A stretch of DNA of 63,821 nucleotides, filler included, from Folioceros fuciformis (lineage: Eukaryota), in NCBI GenBank assembly GCA_049999805.1. It is 13 parts of 13 records of this genome, joined end to end, with 100 filler letters (N's around TTAATTAATTAA, not from the genome) between each part and the next. Parts side by side here need not be neighbours in the genome. Positions count along the whole stretch, not along the records: positions 1 to 17,115 come from JBNGIO010004954.1; positions 17,216 to 18,629 come from JBNGIO010004957.1; positions 18,730 to 21,669 come from JBNGIO010004958.1; positions 21,770 to 24,824 come from JBNGIO010004959.1; 9 more parts are not named here. One strand, given 5' to 3'. Positions 12,468 to 24,924 of this stretch are shown one piece after another. Within the stretch, counting starts at the first letter, position 1. Each line of letters opens with the position of its first letter. The position numbers and the translations under genes are program-made. The notes under the pieces were generated by a model, which saw only the letters and a list, made by a program, of their open reading frames with translations, was not told where the DNA came from and ran no database searches.

Positions 12468-15400
12468 TGAAGGATCCTCCATGAAGGAGGAGAAGAGGAG
12501 GTAAGGAGGAGAGGAGAAAGAGAGGTCACACTCTCACAATGTCTCAATAACAAGGGAGCTCGAGGGGGTTTATATACCCTCTAGAAGAGCTCCCTAGGAA
12601 GCTTCACAAGAAGCTTCCTACATATTAGCTTAAGCTAATCTAAACTAATTATACCCATTTAGACACTAATCTTAGACTAAACACATTAGTCTAAGCACTT
12701 TGAGCTTTAATAACCCTACAACCTCCCACTTAAAGGCCAATTTACCTTCATAGGAGAGTGGTCTACCTCATGCCCATGAGTGTCCGAGCTTGTGCGAATT
12801 CCTCCGTGGAGAGCCCCTTGGTAAGAATATCTACAGGGTTCTGACTGGTGTGAACTTTGACAAGCTGTACCCTCTTGTCTTCCAACACCTTTCGAATGAA
12901 GTGATACTTCACTTCCATATGTTTGGTCTTCGCATGAAACACTGGATTCTTCACCAACTGGATAGCACTCTGGCTATCACAATCCAACATTAGCAGCTCA
13001 ACCTTGATCCCCAAATCTCGCACTACACGAGCAAGCCACGTGGCTTCCTTGCAAGCCTCAGTCGTTGCAACATACTTGGCCTGTGTGGTAGATAGCGTTA
13101 TGCACAATTGCAAACGAGATCGCCATGAGACTCCCCCTCTAGTGCACATGAAGACATAACCTGATAAGGACCTCCTTTTGTCCATATCCCCTATATAATC
13201 AACATCCGTATATCCCACTTCAGATGCATCTTCACTACCAAAACATAAGCACAAAGCTTTCATACCATTCAAGTACCTCATAACTCCTTTCACTGCCTCC
13301 CAATGCTTCTTGTCAGGGTTTGACATAACCTGCTAATCACTCCCACTGCAAAGGCAATGTCAGGACGTGTAGCAATCATTGCATACATCAAACTCCCTAC
13401 AGCTGATGAGTATGGAACCTTCTCCATTTTAGCTTTGTCCTCCGCAGAGCTTGGGCAATCCTTGCTCGAAAGTTTCACATATGGAGGCAACGGAGTACTC
13501 AATACCTTTCCCTTCTCCATGTTGAAACATTGAAGCACCTTGTTAATGCTCTATATATTCATATTCTTGGCATGCGTATTCGGCGAGACAGACAGAAGCA
13601 TTTGCTTTACAGAGCAAGCTTCCATCCTTAGCTTGCTTCGTATAGAGGCAATGATCCTCCACGCTACGTTTGTAGCCTTGAGAAAGCATAAATGAGTGGA
13701 ACTTGTAATACCACTCCCTGGGTGCCTGTTTCAAACCATAAAGGCTCTTCTTTAACCTGCACACCAGATTCTCTTTGCCCTTCTCAATAAAGCCCTCTGG
13801 TTACTGCATGTATACCTCTTCCTGGAGCTCACCATGCGGAAATGCCGACTTCACATCCATCTGGACAAGTTCCATGTCGTTCCTTGCAACCAGAGCAAGA
13901 ACATATCGCAAGGTGGTCATTTTAATAACTGGTGAGAAAATCTCATCAAAGTCAATACCTTGTTGTTGCTTAAATCTGTTAACAACCAATAGTGCCTTGT
14001 ACTTGCCATAATGGGATATGTCCTTCATCTTATGCACCTATTTACAAGGCATCGCCTTCTTGCCCCTAGGCAACCAAACCAACTCCCAAGTTTGGTTCTT
14101 ATGGAGCGAATCCATCTGCGACTACATCGCCTTCTCCCACTTGTCCTTGTGAATCACTGACATGGCTTCTTGATAACAAAAGGGCTCCCCACAATCCGTC
14201 AGCATGACATAATCAAGAGATGCAACATACCTGTCAGGAGGACTTGAAATCCTTTCTGACCTACAAAGCACTGGCAGATCGACCAGAGCTTGTTGCACTC
14301 TCTCCTCTTCTACAAGTGGAGGAACTTGTTCCTGCACATCACGACGTTCAACCTGCGCGGGACGATCAAGTCCATCTTCTTGGAAGACCACCCGTCGCAC
14401 CTCCACAGTTGGAGTAGGCTTCTTGTGCATCTTGGCCTCATTGAAGAACATGTCATTGCTGCGAACAACCCTCTTGGCCTCTGGATCCCATAGACGGTAT
14501 CCCATCTCTCGAGATTCACTACAGCCAAGAAAAATACATTTTCTTGACTTGGGAGCCAACTTTTCCCGAAACTCCTTCGAAACATGGTAGTATGCCTCGC
14601 AACCAAACACTCGTAGATGCTTGTATGACGGCTTCTTTCCAGACCACATCTCCTCTAGAACCTGTTCATCCATAACCCTATTAGGAGATCTGTTAATAAG
14701 ATGCACCACAGTAACCACTGCTTCTGCCCAAAATCCATTAGGGAATCCAGAGTTTTACAACAAACTACGTATCCTCTCCAAGATGCTCCTGTTCATCCAT
14801 TCAGCCACACCATTCTGGGGAGGGGTATACGGCGCAGTCAATTCTCTCTTGATTCCCTTGGAATCACAGAATGACTAGAAAGCCTTCGAAACATACTCTC
14901 CTCCATTGTCTGTCCTTAGACACTTCAGCCGGAGGCTAAATTGATTCTCCACAAGGGTGACAAATTTCTGAAACACTGTCAGAACATCATCCTTTTTCCT
15001 CAAAGAATAAACCCACACCTTGCGTGAGAAATCATCTATGAAAGTGACAAAATAGGATGCACTACCTAACAATACAGTGAGCATAGGTCCACAAACGTCA
15101 TTGTGAACCAACTCAAGAGGTTTACTTTTGTGTTTACCTCTTGCTCTATGTGGTGACTTCGTTTATTTCCCATACAAACAGTGCTCACACACGGAGAAAT
15201 CGGAGCAGTCAAAAGTAGGGATGTAACCAAAACGAGATAGTATCTTCATTCCTTTTTGAGACATATGTCCTAAGCGACAATGCCACAAGGAAACACTTGG
15301 CTGTTCCATTACACAAATCACATGATCTTTGACAAAGGTTACCTGAAGTGAGTACAAAGTGCCACACTTCGATCTACGAGCTAACACAAGAGAACTTTTG

Positions 15401-17115
15401 GAGATCTTCCAAGAATGATCTCCAAACCAACAGTGGTAGCCAGCGTCGTCCAACTGCCCTGCGCTAATCATGTTTTTTGTCAACTTCGGAACATGCCTAA
15501 CATCCTTCAGTACGAATGAAGATCCATTGTCGAACTTCAACTGCACATCACCAACGCCTGCAATCTCGCATGCGTAGTTATTTCCAAGCCGAACACATCC
15601 TTTCCTAGTAGCATCATAAGTGCTAACTACTCCCTATGCGGAGTAACATGGAAAGATGCTTTAGAGTCAATTATCCAATTAGAGAATAAGTGACTCTCCA
15701 CGGCTATCAATTGTGCAGAATCGAAGGAAGACGAGATAAGAACATCTCCATCATCAACAGAGTTCACCTTGTCACGCTTGGTACTCAGACCTGCCTTGTT
15801 GTCACTTTACTTCTTCTCCTTTCCTTTGTCCTTCTTGAACTTCTCGCAGTCCCTTCTGATGTGACCCTTCTTGTGATAATGGTAACACTCAACATAGTTA
15901 CGACTACGAGATTAACTACGGGAAAGATTTCGCTCCTTGTACTTCCCCTTTGAAGTGGACTTCATCTCACCATGAGGGCATTGGAACCTTTCGAAGGTTC
16001 CATATTCTTCTTATTCACCTCCTCTGTTAACTGGCTACCTTCTACATTTACAACAGTAAGACCATTGGCAGGAGCGGAATTACTCAGAGCTGGACGAAAC
16101 GTGTCCCAACTCTTTGGTAATATGATCAACAGAAACATTCTCTCACGGAATCTGGGAATGAGATACCTTGAGATGAGAGCTGGCTGAAAATGATCTTGAA
16201 CTCATTCAGATGATCGAACATCCTCGTCCCTTTCTTTATCTTCAAGTCCACCAGTTGTTTCAACCAGTACACCTAAGAAGCCGCACTTTGCTTCTCATAC
16301 AAGTCACACAATTTCTGCCATAGTTCGTAACTTGTGGTCTTGTTTTTCACATTGAAGTAGACTAACTTCCACAATGTTAGCATGATGGTAGACCTAGCAA
16401 GCTCATCTACATCCTGCCACTCATCATGAGTCATGCTAATAGGTTTCACTCCTAGCAGCTTGATGGGCTTGATATGCTTCTTTTGTACTAGAACATTATG
16501 CACTTGTTCTTTCCACAATGGGAAGTTAGTATTATCTAACTTCTCAATATTGAACATGACGTTTTCTGAGCACATCATGATTCAAAATCGATGCAAATCA
16601 ACCAAAAGGCTAGTTAGAAACTGTCGGAATGTAATGTAGATGTTAATAGTTAGCCTCACAACTCGTTCCGAACGATTGTCCACAACTTCGGCCTCAGTCG
16701 CTCACAACTAGAATGTCTCTCATCGTCTGATCGAGATCCTAACTTCCGCGGCCAAGATCGGTTCGTCGCCGACACCCTCGCTCTTGACGTTTGCGCTCTC
16801 TGCGACCACGATCTGGCATCCGCTATGCGGCGCCCGGCGGCCTACCTAGCCGCGCCCCAACGGTGCCCCGGTGGTCGGCGCCGACGGCCAAAGGGCTTTG
16901 ATACCAATTGAAGGATCGCTAGAGGAGCTGCATGGTGAAGGAGGAGATGAGGGGGCAAGGAGGAGAAGAAAAAGAGAGCTCACACTCTCACAATGTCTCA
17001 ATAGCAAGGGAGCTCAAGGGGGTTTATATACCCTCTAGAAGAGCTCCCTACGAAGCTTCACAAGAAGCGCACAAGAAGCTTCCTACATATTAGCTTAAGC
17101 TAATCTAAATTAATG
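12468..17115 (-). mobile_element. Near-complete decayed Ty1/copia LTR retrotransposon (family A)
   Basis: 3' LTR 12468-12720, PPT 12721-12730, RNase H/RT/INT/PR/gag fragments 12763-16578 with stops and frameshifts, tRNA-iMet PBS (GCTTTGATACCA on +) before 5' LTR 16909-17115 (cut by gap). Confidence 0.95.
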
Positions 17116-17215
17116 NNNNNNNNNNNNNNNNNNNNNNNNNNNNNNNNNNNNNNNNNNNNTTAATTAATTAANNNNNNNNNNNNNNNNNNNNNNNNNNNNN
17201 NNNNNNNNNNNNNNN
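17116..17215. other. Artificial contig linker N44-TTAATTAATTAA-N44 (first of 12; others at 18630, 21670, 24825, 33617, 41093, 45888, 53555, 55290, 58035, 59767, 62464)
   Basis: Identical 100-bp structure; the 12-mer places stops in all six frames. Confidence 0.99.
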
Positions 17216-17707
17216 AGGGGGAGGGGGATGGGGGCGGCCGCAACCCCTGCCTCTAGCCCTAGCTAGGGCACGGCCTCCACGACCGTTCAGGCCAGCTAGG
17301 CAATTAGCCAGCCTGACCCCTGACACTGATATACCCCACATATTCTCGTTCCTATGTTCAGACCATTATTTTAATATTTAATATTATTCTATATTTAATC
17401 ATTTAATATTATATATCTTTAATTAATATTAAACTAATCACCAGACCTAGACTCAAACTTTCCCAACCCTATGGCCCGGTACCCGACCTAAACTTTCCCA
17501 GGTATGGGACCAAACTTGTACCCACTTTAATAACCAAACTAACTATTTCCTAGTCAATTAACCTAATTAGTACAAAAAAAATAGGAAAAATGACCAGAAA
17601 ATAAAGAAAAATTAGGAAAAAGAAGTAAAAAAAGAAAACCAAACCATACCACTATTAATCCTTTTTCAACCAAAACAAACTACTACCCCAAACTTTGGAG
17701 GTTCACA
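17216..17707 (-). mobile_element. LTR fragment, family D (homologous to ~34070-34544)
   Basis: Long similarity with the 34 kb copy; both end GGAGGTTCACA (TGTGAACC on -). Confidence 0.75.
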
Positions 17708-17799
17708 CAACTAAAGAAAACTACTTAATACCCTCATGAAATCATTAAGTTCTAGGTGCCAAAGTGAAGAGAGCCCTAATAATAGTGACCTATTTCATC

Positions 17800-18030
17800 A
17801 ACTAATGCTAGGTAAAGACAATGTACACTATTAGCCAATGACAAACATAAGGCAAACAACATCATCTTCGTGGCTAGTGCTAACTAAACATAGTGTACAC
17901 TACTAGAACAATGGCTAACATAGGGCAAACAAGATCATCTTCGTTACTAGTGTTAGCTAAACACAATGTATATTAAAGGAGGATGGCAAGCATAAGGCAA
18001 ACAACATCTTCGTTACTAGTGCTAGCTAAC
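17800..18030. repeat. Degenerate ~72-bp tandem repeat, ~3 copies
   Basis: GGCAAACAA(C/G)ATC..CTTCG at ~17851, ~17924, ~17996. Confidence 0.7.
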
Positions 18031-18063
18031 TAGCTAGGACTAGTCATGAAGTTTTTGTCCTAA

Positions 18064-18629
18064 TATGGACTCCACATGCTGAACAGACCCATGGGAAATG
18101 ATAGGTTTTCTTTTTTCTGGATCTATGAGTGAGTGTTGTAGAGGAAATGTTGGGAGGTTAGGTTAGAATAGTAGCTAGATTTATGGTGAGTCGATAGGGT
18201 AGGTAGGTTGTGGGGTAGATAGGACACGGGCTCTGGTTCCTCAGGGTAAGGTAACGGAGGAATAGGAAACCCTAGGACGGGTAGTGGACGGCGAGCTAGG
18301 GGTCCTCTGGCTGTTGTTGGGAGAAGCGGGAGATGGAGATCGAGGTGCCTGGGGCCAAGGACCTGGGAGCAAGCAGCCGGGTTGGCGGCTGTTGGGAAGC
18401 TTAGGCCGCAACCTAGCCCGGTCCAGTTAGGCAAGAAGCAGAGGTGGTGTCGGATTTGGGCTAGGCGAATCTTGGTGGATCCAAGCGATGAGGGCTGGCA
18501 GATGTGGCGTGTCAGGCCGAAGTGGTCGGTTTCAGCAGGAGGACGGCGCTGGACCAAGATGGATGGGACTCGACTGGGCCATGTAGCAGGCTAGCCAGGT
18601 GAAGGCGGACTCGAGACCAGCGCAAGTGG
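18064..18629 (-). mobile_element. Repeat/LTR fragment, family G (inverted homolog of ~41935-42326)
   Basis: Its reverse complement shares CCCTATCGACTCACC...CATGTGGA(G/C)TCCA with 42190-42326. Confidence 0.65.
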
Positions 18630-19392
18630 NNNNNNNNNNNNNNNNNNNNNNNNNNNNNNNNNNNNNNNNNNNNTTAATTAATTAANNNNNNNNNNNNNNN
18701 NNNNNNNNNNNNNNNNNNNNNNNNNNNNNAGCTTTCTTCTGAATCAAGAATCAAAGTATACAGGTAAACATGGAGATAGAAAATTACATTCAAAGAACGA
18801 GTTGGTTGCTGTCTTCTTTGACACATAGAAAGACATATATTGGACCATATTAAGATTGAGATAGATTTTTCTGAAGCCTACAATAAGAGAATTTTTTCTA
18901 ATCCATTCTTACAGCCTAAGAATCAGTATAGACACTAGAATAGACATCCAAAGAACTCATAACAAAAGCTGAGTTGGTTTTCTTCTTTCACACATAGCTC
19001 AAGATATCTTCAACACAAACAAGGTACAGATGACTCATTTTGAAGCTTGAATTGAGAGCGTTTTTTCGAATCAAGCCATGGAATTTGTGGGCAAGTATGA
19101 AGACTACGAAAACCATTCAAAGATATGATAACATAAGCTAGTTGTTGACCAAGATCACAGTATAGTTACGTACAAGTGTGAGAAGGAGGTCCTGAGTTGA
19201 ATGCAATTACCCTTTCATTTGTAATACCTTTGCTTGGTGTTTGCGGAAAAAGCCTTGCATTCCTCTTAGACAATTGCAACATGCCCAGTCCCCTACAGGA
19301 TTGTAAATTGGGTATATCAGCCTTTTATCTGTGCAGCTTTACACAAGAGCTTGTTCTTTATCGTCAGTAGGAAGTGTAACATTGAGAGTAGT

Positions 19393-20323
19393 TAGCAAGG
19401 GAGCTCAAGGGGGTATTTATACCCTCTAGAAGAGCTCCCTAGGAAGCTTCACAAGAAGCTCACAGGAAGCTGCGCAAGAAGCTTCCTACAGATTAGCTTA
19501 AGCTAATCTAAACTAATGATACTTAACTAGACACTAATCTTAGACTAAACACATTAGCCTAAGCACATTGGGCTTGAATAACCCTACAACCTCCCACTTA
19601 AAGGCCAATTTACCTTCATAAGAGAGTGGTTTAGCTCATGCCCATGAGTGTCCGAGCTTGTGCGAATTGCTCCGTAGAGAGCCCCTTGGTAAGAACATCT
19701 GCAGGGTTTTGACTGGTGTGAACTTTGACAAGCTGTACCCTCTTGTCTTTCAACACCTCTCGAATGAAGTGATACTTCACTTCCACATGTTTGGTCTTCG
19801 CATGAAACACTGGACTCTTTGCCAACTGGATAGCACTCTGGCTATCACAATGCAACACTGGCAGCTCACCCTTGATCCCCAAATCTCCCACTAAACGAGC
19901 AAGCCACATGGCTTCCTTGCAAGCCTCAGTCGCTGCAACATACTCGGCCTCTGTGGTAGATAGCGTTATGCACGATTGCAAACGAGATCGCCATGAGACT
20001 GCCCCTCCAGTGCACATGAAGACATAACTTGATGTGGACCTCCTTTTGTCCATATCCCCTGCATAATCAGCATCCGTATATCCCACTACAGATGCATCTT
20101 CACTACCAAAACATAAGCACAAAGCTTTTGTACCATTCAAATACCTCATAACTCCTTTCACTGCCTCCCAATGCTTCCTGCCAGGGTTTGACATGAACCT
20201 GCTAACCACTCCCACTGCAAAAGCAATGTCAGGACGTGTAGCAATCATTGCATACATCAAACTCCCTACAGCTGATGAGTATGGAACCTTCTCCATTTCA
20301 GCTTTATCCTCCGCAGAACTTGG
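19393..20323 (-). mobile_element. Family A copia fragment: partial 3' LTR (19393-19588), PPT, RNase H/RT end
   Basis: LTR matches 12540-12720; ORF has YTDADYAGDMDKRRSTS...HCDSQSAIQLAK...NPADVLTK. Confidence 0.93.
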
Positions 20324-21669
20324 TCCTGAACAAAGTTCTGCGGAGTTTCGCGGAACTTTGTTTGCGCGGCCGCTGGGAACCACCAAGGCAGTTCTGGAGA
20401 AGCGCAAACTTGCTGCGCTGAAGACTGAAGCTGAGGCGCCTGGTCCGTCCGACTTGCAGCCGCGCCCTAAGACACTGCCAGAGTCCAGCGAGAGTGACGA
20501 AGTCATGCCCATCATCAGGACTCTGAACCTAGATGTCGCCTACTACCATCATGCTGAAAGCAATCACCTTCCTGTGAAGTTGCCCAAGCCTGTGAACTGT
20601 CAGACTGAGACCAAGCTCGTGACATGTGGCACACTTGCGTATCCTTGCTCTCCTGTCTGATATAAAATCTGGGTTGGCTTAGAGAACTTGCTGATGAAAA
20701 GGGTGAAGGTGCAGCAAAGCAGGTGCTTCGAAGACCATGTTGTGAGCTTCTATAGTAAGCCCCTGCCTTTGATTTCTTTCTGTTGTTGCTGTTCCTACAG
20801 GTTTCCTTGTGCTTTGATATTTCTTCACCACTGTCTGCAGGTTTCCATGATCTTTGGAACCTGCTGACATATCTTCTTGGCTATAAATACAGGGTCTGCC
20901 CAGAGGCTCAGTGAGGAGTGGAGGCTGATAAAAAAAATGAGTGAAGAGAAGACACGAGGACTGAAAATGAGAACACTCCAAGTTCCACTGCCCGAACGAC
21001 GTCCCGGCTACACCATCAAAGATGAGTCCACCAACGATATCATCCAGTCGGGGGTCGCAATAGAGATAGAAGAGGTTTCTGACTCTGATGGTTCCATCTC
21101 TTCGAGCTTCTAGTTAGTTTGAGTATTAGTCAGAAATGTCCAGGAGGGCTTCTGCCTCTCCCATGCCCAGACGTTGCATGTGTCTGTGGTGAGCATCTCT
21201 GCTCAAAGACTTTGTAAGTATGTCCGCCGGGTTGTCTTGAGTCGGAACATATTTTAAATTAATCTTCCCTTCTGTCACCAGTCCCCTAATGTAGTGGTAC
21301 TCCACTTCAACATGCTTTGTTCGTGCATAGAACACTGGATTTTTGGCTAAGGCCATCGAACCCTAATTGTCAGTGTGAATTGTTGTGCAACTAGGTATCT
21401 GGATACCCAGCTCTTTGAACAATAACTTACACCACACTATCTCTTTCGCAGCTGCTGTCAAGACACGATACTCCGCTTCAGTAGAAGACAGAGCCACCGT
21501 TGGCTGCTTTTTTGCTGGACCAACACACGGGACCACCAGCAACTGAAATTATGTAGCCAGAGACTGATTTTCTACTGTCCACATCTCCAGCATAGTCTGA
21601 ATCGGTAAAGACCTCCAAATCCAGTTGCTTGCCATTTTGATACTTGTATGCTAATCCAATCTTGGCAGT
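20324..21669 (-). mobile_element. Copia fragment (different family): RNase H end (21126-21669) plus 3' region carrying an antisense ORF
   Basis: FTDSDYAGDVDSRKSVSGY...HTDN...NPVFYARTKHVEVEYHYIR...NPADILTKSL. Confidence 0.85.
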
Positions 21670-21769
21670 NNNNNNNNNNNNNNNNNNNNNNNNNNNNNNN
21701 NNNNNNNNNNNNNTTAATTAATTAANNNNNNNNNNNNNNNNNNNNNNNNNNNNNNNNNNNNNNNNNNNN

Positions 21770-22329
21770 CGCGCGGGGCAGGGCCAGAGCGATGAAACCT
21801 ACCAGCTTTGGCTCACAACGTTCGAGGCGCAAGCGCACACGGCTGTGCATTTCTGGATGGGCGATAGGACTCGTTCTTTCGCCGACATGGGCGTCGCCTA
21901 CCACGCCGTTCGGGACCCTACATTCTTTGCACATCACGCGAATGTGGACAGACTGTGGAACGTCTGGCTGGTCAGTGCTCGTTGTCCCCGACACTGCTGT
22001 ATTTGCATATATCGTGTGGATCGGTTTGTCCACATTAGAAGTCGATCATCCCCAGCCTTGGACTGACTTTGTGATCATCCGTATTATGTTTGCAGGGCCT
22101 GGAAGGACGGCACAACTATGACGATCCAGACTTCCTGAACGCCTACTTCTACTTCTACGATGAGAACGGGGACGTTGTGAAAGTGACGGTAGCAGAATGC
22201 TTGGACTATAAACAGCTTAGGTACGAATTTCAAGAGGTGCAAAACTCTTGGCTCAACTTCGATGCGGCCGCTGAATCCCTCGAGCTCTACATGGACGTTG
22301 CATCTCCTCACAACCGATCCCGTACCTGA
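21770..22329 (+). CDS. PPO: Polyphenol oxidase (tyrosinase family) 3' fragment: CuB site plus DWL domain, intron 21971-22095; 5' part lost in gap
   Basis: AHTAVHFWMG...DMGVAYHAVRDPTFFAHHANVDRLWNVWL | GLEGRHNYDDPDFLNAYFYFYDENGDVVKVTVAECLDYKQLRYEF. Confidence 0.9.
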
Positions 22330-22913
22330 CCGAGCCAGTCAAATTGGAGGAAACTTGTATTTAGGAGGGAGCGTGTGCACATCGGCAACGGTTGCAGGTG
22401 TGCACACTGAGATGAGAAAAAAAAGGCCGAGGAAAGGACAAGAAAGCCTATCCTACAGTGTCTCAGAAAGATTTTGACAAGCTTGGAAACAGATCACCAC
22501 TGTTACTTCCGTTAGTTTGTATAGCAACATTCTTTTAGCACGTGGTTGAGAAATTTTTTACTCGGACTTCACTGATAAGGCCCAGCCCGCCGTCCGCGTT
22601 ACATACGAGTTCTCGTAGTTAACGCCATATAGCACTAGCTTACAGGAAATAACTGTTTTTTTATGCATTGACGCCAATACTGTTGCAGTGCAGATTCACA
22701 GTTATGTACACACGAAGTAGTCCCGCGTTCCAGTGACCGTTGCAACTTTCCCCCATAAGTCCTCACTAACTCCGTAAGCCCAAATCTGTGTGTGATTGTA
22801 ACAGCACTTCATCCCGCGAGAACAGGGTAATGAGATATCGAGAATATTACATAATATTCTAGAAGCTGTACCTCATTATATGCAGAGACTGAAAAAACGA
22901 GTTGTGTTAGTTG

Positions 22914-24824
22914 TGTTGGAAGTAACCCCGTTAGGGTTAGCCTCTTATAAACGTTGCAGCTGTTAGGTGTTTTAATAGCTAATTATGAAAGGTCATGACT
23001 CTTGGAGAGTTTTTTGTATATAAGCACTTTATTATTCATAAATAACATAACATGAGAACAACTTTGAGTATGTTAGATCCTCAAATGTTTCACATGGTAT
23101 CAGAGCTCTTAAGGTCTTGATATCTATGTCTGCAAGAATCTTAGTCTAGTACTGTATATGCATGGTCGAAGGAAAAATGAGGACACAAAATCCATTAGTT
23201 ACAGCTAGTGGCTCCTGGACCTTATGTCACCATTCTTCCTCCCACCCTGCGGTACAACATCAATACTGGGCTACGATTCACAACTTGTATGACAATAATT
23301 AAAGCGAAAAATTCCGCTGTGCAAATCTGCTTGCAACAGAGCAGCAGATGATGACAGTCAAAGATGTCTCGACGAAGACGATCTCGTGTCGAGCATCCGA
23401 ATGGCGCGCCCTGTAGCCATCACAATTTCAGACAACATGTGGGATCATCCAGACATGCTCGAGACAACAGGGCTGGACAGGATGACATCTCATACAACTT
23501 ACCTTTCTCTCGATCACCCAATCGCGTTGAAGGGCAACCAAAAGTCGAGTTGAGGAATACCCTCAGTTCTGGTTCAACAGACTTACTTGAAATTGTAGGA
23601 GCATACAGAGTGCTCGACGACAGATTGCTAGCTACAAAGTCAGCATTGTTGGCGGCCTTATCCCACCAGGGTGAGGTGCAATTTGCTCGACACAAAGAAG
23701 TTCTGGCGGCCATCGATCTTTTCTTGCGAATACAAACAACCTTGCTTGAGGAAGTGCGCGATTTGACAGAACTGGTGCGGAATCTTACCTCTCATTCCGG
23801 AGCGTCTTCCACAGTCGCAGATTTGTTGCAGGTGCTTGTTTTCAATCGCGAGAAATCCAGATCTCGGGAGCCACCAACGGCACCGTAGCGTTCAGCTCAG
23901 GCACGCGGCATCGCCAGGCCTGAAGCGACGTTCGGCAAGGCATGATTCTGGCTGGGATCCGCGATCCATCGTGGAAGTTGTGTTCTTTCCAATCCAGCGA
24001 TGCGCTCGAGATCTCAAGCGGTGTCTGCAGTTGAGCGGGCCTGAAGAAATCTGTCTCGTGGGCCTTCCCAGTCTGAAGCGTCGCACATCTTGAACCTGAA
24101 GCGGTGCACCCTTGCCTCGAAGCTGTGATTCTTCCTGAACTCTGGTTGCGGGTGCCTGAAGACTGGTTCTCTTGGTTGTTGCGGACGCCCCCGCAGCATG
24201 ACTCCGGTGACATCCAGCGTGCTACCAATTGTCACAAGCGCTCTCTGCTGCAAAATCTAGAAACCCTGACTTTACCTCTCTCCCGCTACGCGCTTCTCTT
24301 CCGACTGTCAACCTTTCTTATTGCATGATCCATTCTTCGAAGAAGATCTTGGGCGGTCTGATCATCCGTCCTGATCTCCTTCTGAAATAAAGGTCATGGC
24401 TACTGGAAGCGGAGGAGGAAGCGGTACCGGAAGTGGAGGTGGAGGGGGAGGAGGCGGAGGTGGAACTGTCCCCTCTCTTCCTGCAGTTCCTGTCATCCCA
24501 CAGCCATCTTATTCTGTGGAGTTTAAGGAGCGAGACAGATTCAATGGCCTGAAATTTGAAGGCTGGAAGGTGCGCATGACAGCTGCCTTGCAAGCTCGGC
24601 ATGTATGGGGAGTTGTTATTGGCACGCTTAAGGAACCGGCACAATCTGCCACACAAGAAGAAAAGGACAAGTGGGCGAACCTGAATTACGTTGCACGCGC
24701 CGTCTTGATTAGCGGGTTGGACGAATCTCTTCTCGCCGATGTCGCTTTTCTTACCAAGGCTGAAGAGATCTGGACTCTTCTCACACAGACATATGAGGCT
24801 AAGAATATTCTTACCATGTGTGCT
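22914..24824 (+). mobile_element. Copia 5' end: LTR 22914-23094, PBS 23095-23106, ~1.3-kb leader with extra ORF, gag from 24396
   Basis: TGTT...CACA LTR with TATA, PBS TGGTATCAGAGC, copia gag N-terminus FNGLKFEGWKVRMTAALQARHVWGVVIG. Confidence 0.9.
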
Positions 24825-24924
24825 NNNNNNNNNNNNNNNNNNNNNNNNNNNNNNNNNNNNNNNNNNNNTTAATTAATTAANNNNNNNNNNNNNNNNNNNN
24901 NNNNNNNNNNNNNNNNNNNNNNNN

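Noticed and set aside
18730-19110. Diverged ~170-bp duplication (satellite monomer?)
   Set aside because: Only about two degenerate copies next to a gap, which is too little to call.
19631-20515. 294-aa ORF with a transit-peptide-like N-terminus fused to RT/RNase H (domesticated gene?)
   Set aside because: The N-terminus is read-through across a chimeric junction at ~20323 into another element's 3' region.
23095-23106. tRNA gene
   Set aside because: It is only a primer-binding site complementary to the tRNA-iMet 3' end; there is no cloverleaf.
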